Shown: positions 9,413 through 19,192 of the stretch, piece by piece | How positions within the stretch are numbered: the stretch's first letter is position 1 | Layout: each line of letters starts with the position of its first letter | Source: Bacteroidota bacterium | Lineage (GTDB): Bacteria; Bacteroidota; Bacteroidia; UBA7662 | Length of the DNA: 51,621 bases | Direction of reading: 5' to 3' | Assembly: GCA_016868485.1 (NCBI GenBank) | Contig: VGGT01000001.1 | Span: 1 to 51,621 of the forward strand | Notes under the pieces: model-generated | Seen by the model: the letters and a program-made list of their open reading frames with translations, nothing else | Database searches by the model: none | Told to the model about the DNA's origin: nothing | Position numbers and translations under genes: made by a program

Positions 9413-10822
9413 CTAAATACCGTATTCCTTATGTTTCTTCAGCAATCCAAACATTCCAATCATGCCCAAGATGAAAAACAGACTCAACATCAAGGCAGAA
9501 TTGCGCATACTTCCTGTCATCAGGTTGATGTACCCAAACGCAAAAGTACCGAATACAATGGCGAGTTTTTCGGTCACATCATAGAAGGAAAAAAACGAGG
9601 CATGACTCTTGGTGTCGGTGGGAATGAGCTTGGCGTAGGTACTACGGAGCAAGGATTGGGTTCCTCCCATGATGGTACCCACCACGGCCGCCAGTAGATA
9701 GAATTGGATGGAACTGCTCACAAAATAAGCAGCGCAGCAGATGGCCATCCAAACGACGATACCCCACATAAGTACGGGCACATTACCGAACCGACGAGAA
9801 AAGTATGAGAAAACATATGCGCCGGCAATGGCGATCAGTTGAATCAGCAGTACAGTGGCGATGAGTTCCTCGCTGCCCATTTGGAGTTCGCTGGATGCAA
9901 AAATCGTGGCCAATACCATAATGGTTTGAAGTCCGCAACTGGTAAAAAAATAAGCGAACAAATAACGCAGCAAAGTTGGCATCAAACGAACACGCTTCCA
10001 AACACGTTTAAATTCGTCGTAGCCCCTCGACCACAAATGCCCTGATTGGTTTTGTCCGGTCGCGGTTTCAGGTGGCAGGTGAGCCAGCGTATAAAAAGCG
10101 AAACCCATCCACCAAGCGCCAACCGCCACGAAACTCCATCGTGTAGCCAATGAGCGGTAATGGCCCTCCGCTTCAGTGAATGCAGCCTCCATGCCCATTC
10201 CTTGACCCTGAAGCGACCGCGCCATGCCCTCTACGTCAAACAAAAGCCCCGGGAACATGATCATCACCAAATTCAGAACGAGTAGGGTTACACTTCCTAT
10301 GTATCCATAGGAATAACCCTGAGCACTCACTTGATCGAATCGATCCGGCGTCGCAATCTCTGGCAGAAAGGAGTTATAGAAAATAGATGAACCGGCCCAG
10401 CCCACCGCAGCAAACATAAAGAGGGTCAGTCCGGGCGCTACATTTTCGTCTGTAAAAAAGAAAAGCGCTGCGCAGCTGATCGACCCCAAACCCGCAAACA
10501 GTGCCATCATACGCTTTTTGAGCCCGCCATAATCGGCTAATCCACCTAAAAAAGGTGAAATGACTACGATCAAAAGATAAGCCGCAGAAAGGGCGTATGA
10601 AAATGCCACAGAGGAGGGCAGCTCCATGCCCGCCCAGTGCATAGGAGCATCTTGTCCGTTTAAGTCGGTCGGTTCAATACCAGCTTTCATTGCCGCTGCT
10701 TTCGTAACAGCGTAGTAATAAACTGGGAAAATCGCTGAGGTAATGCAGAGGTTATAGGCACTGTTGGCCCAATCGTACATACACCATGCCCGGATAACCC
10801 GGGGCTGGTTGCGTTCTGTCAT
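9413..10822 (-). CDS. MFS transporter, UMF1 (Atg22-like) family
   Basis: The track start at 10840 is TTG; ATG at 10822 (MTERNQPRVIRAWCMYDWANSAYN...) is likelier. The product is a polytopic membrane protein, and its stop lies 4 nt before the lutA-like start. Confidence 0.7.
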   Translation of the reverse strand: MTERNQPRVIRAWCMYDWANSAYNLCITSAIFPVYYYAVTKAAAMKAGIEPTDLNGQDAPMHWAGMELPSSVAFSYALSAAYLLIVVISPFLGGLADYGGLKKRMMALFAGLGSISCAALFFFTDENVAPGLTLFMFAAVGWAGSSIFYNSFLPEIATPDRFDQVSAQGYSYGYIGSVTLLVLNLVMIMFPGLLFDVEGMARSLQGQGMGMEAAFTEAEGHYRSLATRWSFVAVGAWWMGFAFYTLAHLPPETATGQNQSGHLWSRGYDEFKRVWKRVRLMPTLLRYLFAYFFTSCGLQTIMVLATIFASSELQMGSEELIATVLLIQLIAIAGAYVFSYFSRRFGNVPVLMWGIVVWMAICCAAYFVSSSIQFYLLAAVVGTIMGGTQSLLRSTYAKLIPTDTKSHASFFSFYDVTEKLAIVFGTFAFGYINLMTGSMRNSALMLSLFFILGMIGMFGLLKKHKEYGI

Positions 10823-10899
10823 GCCCGAAAAATAGTGCAATCGAATTGAACCCCAAAATATTGGGGGACAAAAAAGTGAAACCCTATCCTAAATGGTGC

Positions 10900-11148
10900 T
10901 TAGGCCTCTGTGAGGATCACAATACGGTTGCGAAGGACCTCCACAACGCCGCCTTTCACTGGGAAAACCTGTTCCTTTTGTCCGACCTGCATGAGTCGGA
11001 CCTCGCCTTTCGGTATCAAGGTAGCGATGATCGGTGCGTGGTTGTTCAGGATTTCGAAGCCGCCCTCCGTTCCTGGTACTTTCACTGAAGTAACTTCACC
11101 TTCAAAAAGGCTTTTTTCCGGAGTGAGAATTTCGAGTGTCATGGCCAT
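10900..11148 (-). CDS. atpC: F0F1 ATP synthase subunit epsilon
   Basis: 82 aa, MAMTLEILTPEKSLFEGEVTSVKVPGTEGGFEILNNHAPIIATL. It lies immediately downstream of atpD. Confidence 0.85.
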   Translation of the reverse strand: MAMTLEILTPEKSLFEGEVTSVKVPGTEGGFEILNNHAPIIATLIPKGEVRLMQVGQKEQVFPVKGGVVEVLRNRIVILTEA

Positions 11149-11160
11149 AAAATTTCAGCA

Positions 11161-12774
<1,614 letters not shown>

Positions 12775-12786
12775 CTATATTTGAAG

Positions 12787-13812
12787 GTGAATTTACTCCA
12801 ATGGGGACCCTATGGCATTGAATGCCCCCAAGCCGGGGTCTTTATCGATCCCTGGGGGAAGGTCGATCGCGCCCTCCTTACCCATGCCCATGCCGATCAC
12901 GCGCGCTATGGTCATAAGCACTACATGGCACATGCCCACAACAGAGCCGTATTGAGGCAAAGATTGGGAAATAACATCTCCCTTCAAGAGATTGAATACG
13001 AAGAAACCATTGAAATCAATGGCGTTCGGTTTAGCTGGCACCCTGCGGGCCACATTCCGGGCTCTGCCCAAATTAGAGTAGCGGGTAACAACCAAATCTG
13101 GGTGGTGTCTGGCGATTACAAAACCGAGAACGACCACTTCACACCAGCCTTTGAACCTGTAAAATGCAGTCATTTCATCACCGAATGCACCTTTGGCCTA
13201 CCCATCTACCATTGGAAGCCCCAAGCGCATACGGCACAGGCCATCGCTGACTGGCACTTAAGTAACGTCAACCAAGGGTATTCAACGCTTTTATATGCCT
13301 ATTCCTTGGGGAAGGCCCAACTGCTCATTCACCTACTCAAAAATCTTTGCCCCATCTATATCCACCCCAGTATCGCCGAAATGAACAGGGCACTCCATGC
13401 CGTTGGGTTCGGACTCCCTGAATTGCCTCTGATCAGCGCGTGGAAACCAAAAGTCGATGCCCCCGCCCTGTTTATGGCACCGCCAGGCGCTTCGAACGAA
13501 AAGCTTTTGCGGCGCTTATCGCCCTGCAAAGAGGCGAATGTATCGGGCTGGGCCCTAGTTCGGGGGATGTACCGACGACAAAACCTCGACAACGGCTTCG
13601 CCTTGAGTGATCATGCCGACTGGCCGGGTTTATTGAGTGCCATTAAAGGCACGGGTGCCGAACATATTTACTGCACGCACGGTTTCACCTCAGAATTCTC
13701 CAAATACTTGTCGGAACAGGGCTACCAAAGCACGGAAATACACACCCGCTTTTTGGGGGATGCCGCTCCAGAGCCTATGTCCACCCTTGAAACGGATGAA
13801 AGCATTCACTGA
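12787..13812 (+). CDS. Ligase-associated DNA-damage-response exonuclease (metallo-beta-lactamase / beta-CASP fold)
   Basis: The first ~150 codons of the track ORF (from 12325) are antisense to atpD and are not credible. The homologous region begins at LLQWGPYGIECPQAGVFIDPWGKVDRALLTHAHADHARYG (HxHxDH). The start is GTG 12787 or TTG 12781. The 3' end overlaps the ligase start by 17 nt. Confidence 0.75.
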   Translation: MNLLQWGPYGIECPQAGVFIDPWGKVDRALLTHAHADHARYGHKHYMAHAHNRAVLRQRLGNNISLQEIEYEETIEINGVRFSWHPAGHIPGSAQIRVAGNNQIWVVSGDYKTENDHFTPAFEPVKCSHFITECTFGLPIYHWKPQAHTAQAIADWHLSNVNQGYSTLLYAYSLGKAQLLIHLLKNLCPIYIHPSIAEMNRALHAVGFGLPELPLISAWKPKVDAPALFMAPPGASNEKLLRRLSPCKEANVSGWALVRGMYRRQNLDNGFALSDHADWPGLLSAIKGTGAEHIYCTHGFTSEFSKYLSEQGYQSTEIHTRFLGDAAPEPMSTLETDESIH

Positions 13813-15679
13813 TCTCTACCACCGTCTCAATCAAACCAACTCTTCGATTGAAAAACAGCAAGCGCTGGAGGTTTTTTTTCGAAATGCACCCGATCGCGAC
13901 GCGGTCTGGGGACTGGCTTTACTTTCCGGGAGGGTGTCTGTCCGATTGGTGGGATCGCGCAGGTTGCGCGGATGGGTTGCTGAATGCACCAACCTGCCGG
14001 AATGGTTGATTGATGAATCTTATCAGCATGTGGGTGATTTGGCTGAAACCCTATCCCTGTTGTTGGCGCCTTATAGGATAGCGTCTTCCGATAACTCCGC
14101 ATCCGCATCTACCGCATCCGCATCGACCACCGCATCTACCGCATCTACCGCATCCGCATCGACCACCGCATCTACCGCATCCGCATCGACCGCATCCGCA
14201 TCAACCACCGCATCGTCTCAGGATTTATCGACCATCATGCTGGACCTGATTCGGTTGAAAAAACGGGATGAATCTGAGCAAAAGGAATATGTACTCCATA
14301 ATTGGCGGCAGCTCGACGGCCCGTCCTGCTTTTTATTCAATAAATTCATCACCGGTGGTTTTCGAATGGGCGTTGGCCAAGGAATAGCCGTCAAGGCGCT
14401 TTCAAACTACATGAACAGGCCTGTTTCAGAAATAACCCAAGCCCTTATGGGCAACTGGGACCCGGCCGATTACACGCTTGAACGGCTGCTCAACCGAGGA
14501 TCCATTCACAGCCACACGCTTCCGTATCCCTTCTTTTTAGCGAGTCCTCTTCTATCATCCGCTTCCGCTGCTGAACCCAGCGACCAAGGGGGTGGAGAAT
14601 CGATCCAAAATACGGCATTGCATCAGTTGGGAAGCAGGACTGATTGGATGGCCGAATGGAAATGGGATGGTATTCGTGTTCAAATGATACTCCGCGAAGG
14701 GGTGTCGTCGATTTGGTCGCGCGGGGAGGAACGGTTGGATGACGCTTTTCCTGAAATCGCTGCGCTTGCCCACTTACTGCCGCATGGTACCGTGATCGAC
14801 GGTGAATTGCTGTGTGGAGAATTCCCAGCGGTCCGAAGCTTTCAAGACCTGCAAAAACGACTAGGACGAACCAAGCCCTCAGCCCGAATGACGACCCAAC
14901 AGCCCGTTTTCGTGTATGCATACGACCTTTTGGAACTCGATGGCCAAGACATTCGACGAAAAGCCCTTTCGGAACGAAGGTGGCTACTGGAAAGGCTCGT
15001 TGAAACCCTGAATCACCCCTTATTGCATGCCTCGCCACTCATCGAAGGAATTGAATGGAGCGATCTGCACCAGAAAAGACTTGAATCGAGACGCCACGCA
15101 GCAGAGGGCATCATGCTCAAAAGAGCTTGCTCTGTTTACGAATCGGGCCGTAAACGGGGTCACTGGTGGAAGTGGAAATTAGATCCCATGCAACTCGACG
15201 CCGTTTTGCTCTACGCACGCCCCGGACATGGACGAAGGTCGAATTTATTTACCGATTACAGCATGGCCATTTGGGATCAGGAACGGATGCGACTTCTTCC
15301 CATCGCTCAGGTGTATAGTGGACTAACCGATACAGAAATTCGAGAAGTAGATGCGTGGATCAAGGGCCATGCCACAGAGAAGTTTGGGCCTGTACGCACT
15401 GTGGTGCCCCAACTCGTATTCGAAATCGGATTTGATGGCATCCAAAGAAGTGGGCGACATAAGGCGGGAATAGCGTTACGGTTTCCGAGGATTCTGCGGT
15501 GGCGACGCGATAAATCGGCATCGGAGGCCGACGATTTGGGCATAGCCGAGAACCTTCTCAACGACAGGAACCTAGACGAGAACCTTCTCAACAACAGGAA
15601 CCTAGACGAGAACCTTCTCAACGACAGGAACCTAGACGAGAACCTTCTCAACGAGCCCACAAAACAAGAGCCGAACTAG
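13796..15679 (+). CDS. ATP-dependent DNA ligase, ligase-associated-repair (PP_1105-like) family, carrying two repeat insertions
   Basis: ATG at 13796 gives the family-typical MKAFTDLYHRLNQT... The adenylation motif KxDG is in AEWKWDGIRVQ, and the C-terminal block is RFPRILRWRRDK. The product is 627 aa. Confidence 0.85.
   Translation: MKAFTDLYHRLNQTNSSIEKQQALEVFFRNAPDRDAVWGLALLSGRVSVRLVGSRRLRGWVAECTNLPEWLIDESYQHVGDLAETLSLLLAPYRIASSDNSASASTASASTTASTASTASASTTASTASASTASASTTASSQDLSTIMLDLIRLKKRDESEQKEYVLHNWRQLDGPSCFLFNKFITGGFRMGVGQGIAVKALSNYMNRPVSEITQALMGNWDPADYTLERLLNRGSIHSHTLPYPFFLASPLLSSASAAEPSDQGGGESIQNTALHQLGSRTDWMAEWKWDGIRVQMILREGVSSIWSRGEERLDDAFPEIAALAHLLPHGTVIDGELLCGEFPAVRSFQDLQKRLGRTKPSARMTTQQPVFVYAYDLLELDGQDIRRKALSERRWLLERLVETLNHPLLHASPLIEGIEWSDLHQKRLESRRHAAEGIMLKRACSVYESGRKRGHWWKWKLDPMQLDAVLLYARPGHGRRSNLFTDYSMAIWDQERMRLLPIAQVYSGLTDTEIREVDAWIKGHATEKFGPVRTVVPQLVFEIGFDGIQRSGRHKAGIALRFPRILRWRRDKSASEADDLGIAENLLNDRNLDENLLNNRNLDENLLNDRNLDENLLNEPTKQEPN
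14096..14218 (+). repeat. In-frame imperfect tandem repeat encoding 41 consecutive Ser/Ala/Thr residues inside the ligase N-terminal domain
   Basis: Built from units gca tcc gca tc(g/t) acc (acc) gca tct acc. The 27-nt block gcatccgcatcgaccaccgcatctacc occurs twice, 36 nt apart. Confidence 0.85.
15548..15654 (+). repeat. In-frame 30-bp tandem repeat x3.6 at the ligase C-terminus (ENLLNDRNLD decapeptide)
   Basis: The unit gagaaccttctcaacgacaggaacctagac starts at 15548, 15578 (one g-to-a change), 15608, and partially at 15638. Confidence 0.9.
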
Positions 15680-15699
15680 ATGCTCTACTTTCTATAGCC

Positions 15700-15707
15700 T
15701 ATCTTTG
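15700..15707 (+). promoter_or_regulatory. Candidate -7 box (TATCTTTG) for the SDR gene
   Basis: Matches TAnnTTTG 19 nt upstream of ATG 15726. It overlaps the TTG (15705) used by the ORF track, which argues for the ATG start. Confidence 0.4.
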
Positions 15708-15725
15708 CCACCAAAAAACGTCTTT

Positions 15726-16427
15726 ATGCGCGAGAATCGAGTGATTATTATTACGGGTGTGAGCAAGGGCATAGGAAGGGCCACAGCGGAGTTGTTGTGC
15801 AGCCTAGGCTATCGAGTAGTTGGCTGGGGACGAAATGCCCCCCCGTTCGAGCACCCCTCATTTCGATTTATCGGGTGTGATGTAACGAAACCCGATCAGG
15901 TGAATGCCGCCCTAGAAGAAACCCTGAACCTATGGGGGTCTTCGGCGATCTACGGACTCATCAATAATGCAGGTTTTGGTCTATTCGGCCGAATTGAGGA
16001 ACTTCCTATCGATGATTGGTACCGGATGTTCAACACCAACGTTCACGGACTCATGCTGGCCACCCGGGCGCTTGTGCCCATTCTCAAACAAAACGGTCTG
16101 GGACACATCATCAACATCAGCTCCATTGCCGGTTTGCAAGCCATGGCCCAGACCAGCGCTTATTGTGCGACCAAATTTGCCGTTCGCGGCTTCTCCCATT
16201 CATTATACGCCGAACTCAGAGAATTTGGCATTAAAGTGAGTTGCGTTTACCCGGGGTCGGTGTCCACGAATTTTTTCGACCTCATTTCAGGCATCGAACC
16301 CAACGAGCATATGCTTCGTTCGGAGGATGTCGCTAATTTGCTGCGGGAACTACTCGAAACATCACCGAATTTTTTGACGGTTGATGTAGAAATCAGACCG
16401 CTAAAACCTGGTGGCGGCAGAAAATAA
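15726..16427 (+). CDS. Short-chain dehydrogenase/reductase (SDR) family oxidoreductase
   Basis: Cofactor motif ITGVSKGIGRATA, then NNAG, and the catalytic pair S...YCATK (YxxxK). Confidence 0.8.
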   Translation: MRENRVIIITGVSKGIGRATAELLCSLGYRVVGWGRNAPPFEHPSFRFIGCDVTKPDQVNAALEETLNLWGSSAIYGLINNAGFGLFGRIEELPIDDWYRMFNTNVHGLMLATRALVPILKQNGLGHIINISSIAGLQAMAQTSAYCATKFAVRGFSHSLYAELREFGIKVSCVYPGSVSTNFFDLISGIEPNEHMLRSEDVANLLRELLETSPNFLTVDVEIRPLKPGGGRK

Positions 16428-16446
16428 TGGGCTTTTGATCTAAAAA

Positions 16447-17004
16447 TCAGTTTCTCGGAGGCAATGGGCGGCCTGGATTCATAGGACGCGTTTGAGGTGC
16501 ATTTTGGGATCCAGCCTTAAGGCTTGCCAACACCTCCCGATGAAACCGATGTTCAGCCTGGAGGAGCAAGGCCACTTTGGGCTCTGGCAATACTTCCCGA
16601 ATAGCTTGGTAGTACTGGCGCTCGGCCTCCAACTCTTCTTGGCGAAGCCTAAAGTACTCATCCAACATTTTAACAGACTCACCTGAATAACTCTGAACAC
16701 CGTTGCCGCTTCCTCCAGCGCGTGATTGCATGATCGCCTTTTGTTTTTGTTCACGCACATCGGAATGCCTGTTGTAGACCGGCCAAAAAACCTGTGCCTC
16801 CCGCTCTGTGAGCGACAATTCTCTGGTAATATAGGCCACTTTAAGGGCCTTTATCCGTTCTTGGCGTTCCTCTTTCCCTACTTCTCTCATTCCGTGCCCT
16901 GCTCCGCCCGTTCGTTGCGCTTCAACTTTTAAAGTCACCAACAAGCAAACAGTTAAAAAAAATGCGAAAAATTTCGTGGCAGTTCTCATGGTGTTATAGT
17001 TCAT
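16447..17004 (-). CDS. Periplasmic Spy/CpxP-like (LTxxQ-type) protein, the putative ECF-associated sensor/chaperone
   Basis: 185 aa with a signal peptide (KFFAFFLTVCLLVTLKVEAQ) and helical, charged repeats: LSLTEREAQVFWPVYNRH, LLLQAEHRFHREVL. Its ATG overlaps the upstream stop (ATGA). Confidence 0.5.
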   Translation of the reverse strand: MNYNTMRTATKFFAFFLTVCLLVTLKVEAQRTGGAGHGMREVGKEERQERIKALKVAYITRELSLTEREAQVFWPVYNRHSDVREQKQKAIMQSRAGGSGNGVQSYSGESVKMLDEYFRLRQEELEAERQYYQAIREVLPEPKVALLLQAEHRFHREVLASLKAGSQNAPQTRPMNPGRPLPPRN

Positions 17005-17462
17005 TCAATTTCAGTCATTAGCGCCCATTCATAATCTGAAGGCAAAGAAGTTTCGGAGGATGGATCCAAAACTTCCGCGGCAATTTCAGCATCGATTATG
17101 GGCGCAGTGGGCATTTCAGTAAGGGATAACCAATAAAGGTCTGGTGCAGGCGATTGTGACAACAGATAATCTATGCGGGCAGATTCGGGAAGCTCGATCA
17201 AAGACGCATTGAGCGCAAGGCTGTGGCTCTTTTCTTGCGAGTAGCTTCCTCTATAAGTCACTCGTCCCCCAATCAAGAGCGATAAAACGAATAAAAAAGC
17301 AAGGCCACTCCATTTAAACCGCCAAAGCGGCGATACGGGCTGAACGGAACTATAATCAGACTGAAGTCGATTGATTGTGCGCTCAGGCAAGTTCTCAAAG
17401 TAGCCGTAGGGCGTGGAAAACGAATCGTTGGGCGGAGGAAGCGGCTCGAACATATTGTTCAT
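17001..17462 (-). CDS. Single-pass membrane protein, putative anti-sigma factor by position only
   Basis: 153 aa with one TM (WSGLAFLFVLSLLIGG). It sits between the ECF sigma gene and the CpxP-like gene. There is no zinc-binding HxxxCxxC motif. Confidence 0.4.
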   Translation of the reverse strand: MNNMFEPLPPPNDSFSTPYGYFENLPERTINRLQSDYSSVQPVSPLWRFKWSGLAFLFVLSLLIGGRVTYRGSYSQEKSHSLALNASLIELPESARIDYLLSQSPAPDLYWLSLTEMPTAPIIDAEIAAEVLDPSSETSLPSDYEWALMTEIE

Positions 17463-17496
17463 ACAAAGGTATTTGACAAGGCTAAAAACTAGAGGT

Positions 17497-18072
17497 TTAA
17501 TCGGAATTCCTAATTTGTTTTTGAATTTTTTGAACAGCGTGGTGATAGGATGCTTTCAGTGCCCCCACAGATGTTCCAGTGATGCGCGACATCGTTTCAT
17601 AATCCAGCTCGTCGTAGTATTTCATGTTGAATACCAGTCGCTGTTTATCGGGCAATTTGAGTACGGCAGACTGCAAACGCAAATGAATCTCATCCCCATC
17701 CAGCACGTCACTCCCGGCCTTCAATTGTCGGTTCAACTCGGGCTCGATATCGTGTATGGGCAGAAAAAACACCTGTCGCTTCTTTTTTAAATGGCTCAAG
17801 CACTGGTTGCTGGCTATGGTATAGAGCCAGGTTTTCAGGCTTGAATCGCCCCTGAATCCCCCCAAATTTTGCCAGGCTTTAATGAAGGTCATTTGCAGCA
17901 AATCATCGGCTGCGTCGTGATCGACCACCATACGCCGGATGTGCTTGTAGAGCAGCTGCTGAAAAGTTCGCATCATCAGGCGAAGGGCTGAATCGCCCGC
18001 ACCTGATGCGAACAGCTGGATGATTTCCCGCTCGACCGGGTCTTTCTCCGGTTTGGATTCGCCTTTGTTCAT
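17497..18072 (-). CDS. RNA polymerase ECF-type sigma-70 factor
   Basis: The track start at 18096 is TTG; ATG at 18072 gives MNKGESK... Region 2 is DAADDLLQMTFIKAWQNL...LKTWLYTIASNQC. Region 4 is LPDKQRLVFNMKYYDELDYETMSRITGTSVGALKASYHHAVQKI. Confidence 0.85.
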   Translation of the reverse strand: MNKGESKPEKDPVEREIIQLFASGAGDSALRLMMRTFQQLLYKHIRRMVVDHDAADDLLQMTFIKAWQNLGGFRGDSSLKTWLYTIASNQCLSHLKKKRQVFFLPIHDIEPELNRQLKAGSDVLDGDEIHLRLQSAVLKLPDKQRLVFNMKYYDELDYETMSRITGTSVGALKASYHHAVQKIQKQIRNSD

Positions 18073-18141
18073 AGCCCGGCCTTTGACAGACCCCAAAGAC
18101 GGAGGTTTATTCGATCAGGCAAAAAAATATCAACCAATACC

Positions 18142-19128
18142 CTAAGGCTTGGCCAAATACATCACCTCTTTGACTGCCCGCATGACCTTCTCCACGGAGG
18201 GCAAATAGGCCTGCACCAGAGGAAGAGCATAGGGCATGGGCACATCTGCACCATTCACACGCAACACTGGCGCATCCAGGTCATCGAACGCGTCTCTTTG
18301 CACCCTAAATGCAATTTCAGAAGAAATCGATGCGAAAGGCCAACTTTCATCAACCACAACCAGTCGATTGGTTTTGCGAACGCTGTCGATAATGGTTTGG
18401 TGGTCGAGCGGACGAATGCTGCGCAAATCAATAACCTCCGCTGAAATGCCCTCTGCTTCCAACAAACGCGCGGTCTCCAACACAACCTTCATCATTTTGT
18501 TGTATGAAACCAAGGTTACATCCGTTCCGGAGCGTTTCACGTCGGCTTTGCCAATGGGGATGAGGTATTCTCCCTCGGGCACCTCGCCTTTGTCGCCATA
18601 CATCTGTTCCGACTCCATAAAGATAACCGGATCCTGATCGCGGATGGCCGTCTTCAGCAGACCCTTGGCATCATAGGGATTGGATGGAGAAACCACTTTT
18701 AGACCGGGCACCTGTGCATACCAGCTTTCGAAAACCTGTGAGTGCTGGGCGCCCAAGGTGCCGGCAGAGCCGGAAGGGCCCCGAAACACGATGGGCACAC
18801 CGAATTGGCCACCCGACATACTCAGCATTTTGGCCGCAGCATTCACAACCTGGTCGATGGCCACCAAAGAGAAATTGAAGGTCATGAACTCAATAATGGG
18901 TCGCAAACCGTTCATAGCGGCACCCACACCAATCCCGGCAAAACCGAGTTCGGCAATGGGGGTATCAATCACACGCTTGGCACCGAATTCATCGAGCATG
19001 CCTTGGCTCACCTTGTAGGCCCCGTTGTATTGGGCCACTTCCTCACCCATCAAAAACACTGTTTCATCGCGGCGCATCTCCTCTTGCATGGCTTCTCTCA
19101 GCGCCTCACGCATTTGAATTTCTCTCAT
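18142..19128 (-). CDS. pdhB: Pyruvate / 2-oxoacid dehydrogenase E1 component, beta subunit
   Basis: ATG at 19128 gives [44 protein letters not shown]..., typical of E1-beta. No alpha subunit is adjacent. Confidence 0.85.
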   Translation of the reverse strand: MREIQMREALREAMQEEMRRDETVFLMGEEVAQYNGAYKVSQGMLDEFGAKRVIDTPIAELGFAGIGVGAAMNGLRPIIEFMTFNFSLVAIDQVVNAAAKMLSMSGGQFGVPIVFRGPSGSAGTLGAQHSQVFESWYAQVPGLKVVSPSNPYDAKGLLKTAIRDQDPVIFMESEQMYGDKGEVPEGEYLIPIGKADVKRSGTDVTLVSYNKMMKVVLETARLLEAEGISAEVIDLRSIRPLDHQTIIDSVRKTNRLVVVDESWPFASISSEIAFRVQRDAFDDLDAPVLRVNGADVPMPYALPLVQAYLPSVEKVMRAVKEVMYLAKP

Positions 19129-19152
19129 GATGTGTTCGTCAATTTTAGGCTG

Positions 19153-19160
19153 CAAAGATA
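19153..19160 (-). promoter_or_regulatory. Candidate -7 box (TATCTTTG) for pdhB
   Basis: The minus strand reads ttcTATCTTTGcagcc, 25 nt upstream of ATG 19128. I see no clear -33 TTG. Confidence 0.4.
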
Positions 19161-19192
19161 GAAATCAGGTAGACATTGAGGAACATATTGGC

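Noticed and set aside
10838-10867. A hairpin ccccaa-aata-ttgggg downstream of atpC as its terminator, and a GGTTCAATTCGA (T-loop-like) string as a possible tRNA
   Set aside because: On the transcribed (minus) strand the T-run precedes the stem rather than following it. There is no room or complementarity for a tRNA cloverleaf, and the segment abuts the MFS start codon.
12776-12783. A perfect TAnnTTTG box (TATATTTG) in front of the exonuclease gene
   Set aside because: It overlaps the only plausible start codons (TTG 12781, GTG 12787). A transcript initiated from it would therefore lack the conserved N-terminus. It is probably coincidental in an AT-rich spacer.
15307-15660. 117-aa minus-strand ORF with RRFSSRFL repeats
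   Set aside because: It is the antisense reading of the ligase 30-bp repeat and conserved C-terminal domain. The repeats explain the open frame.
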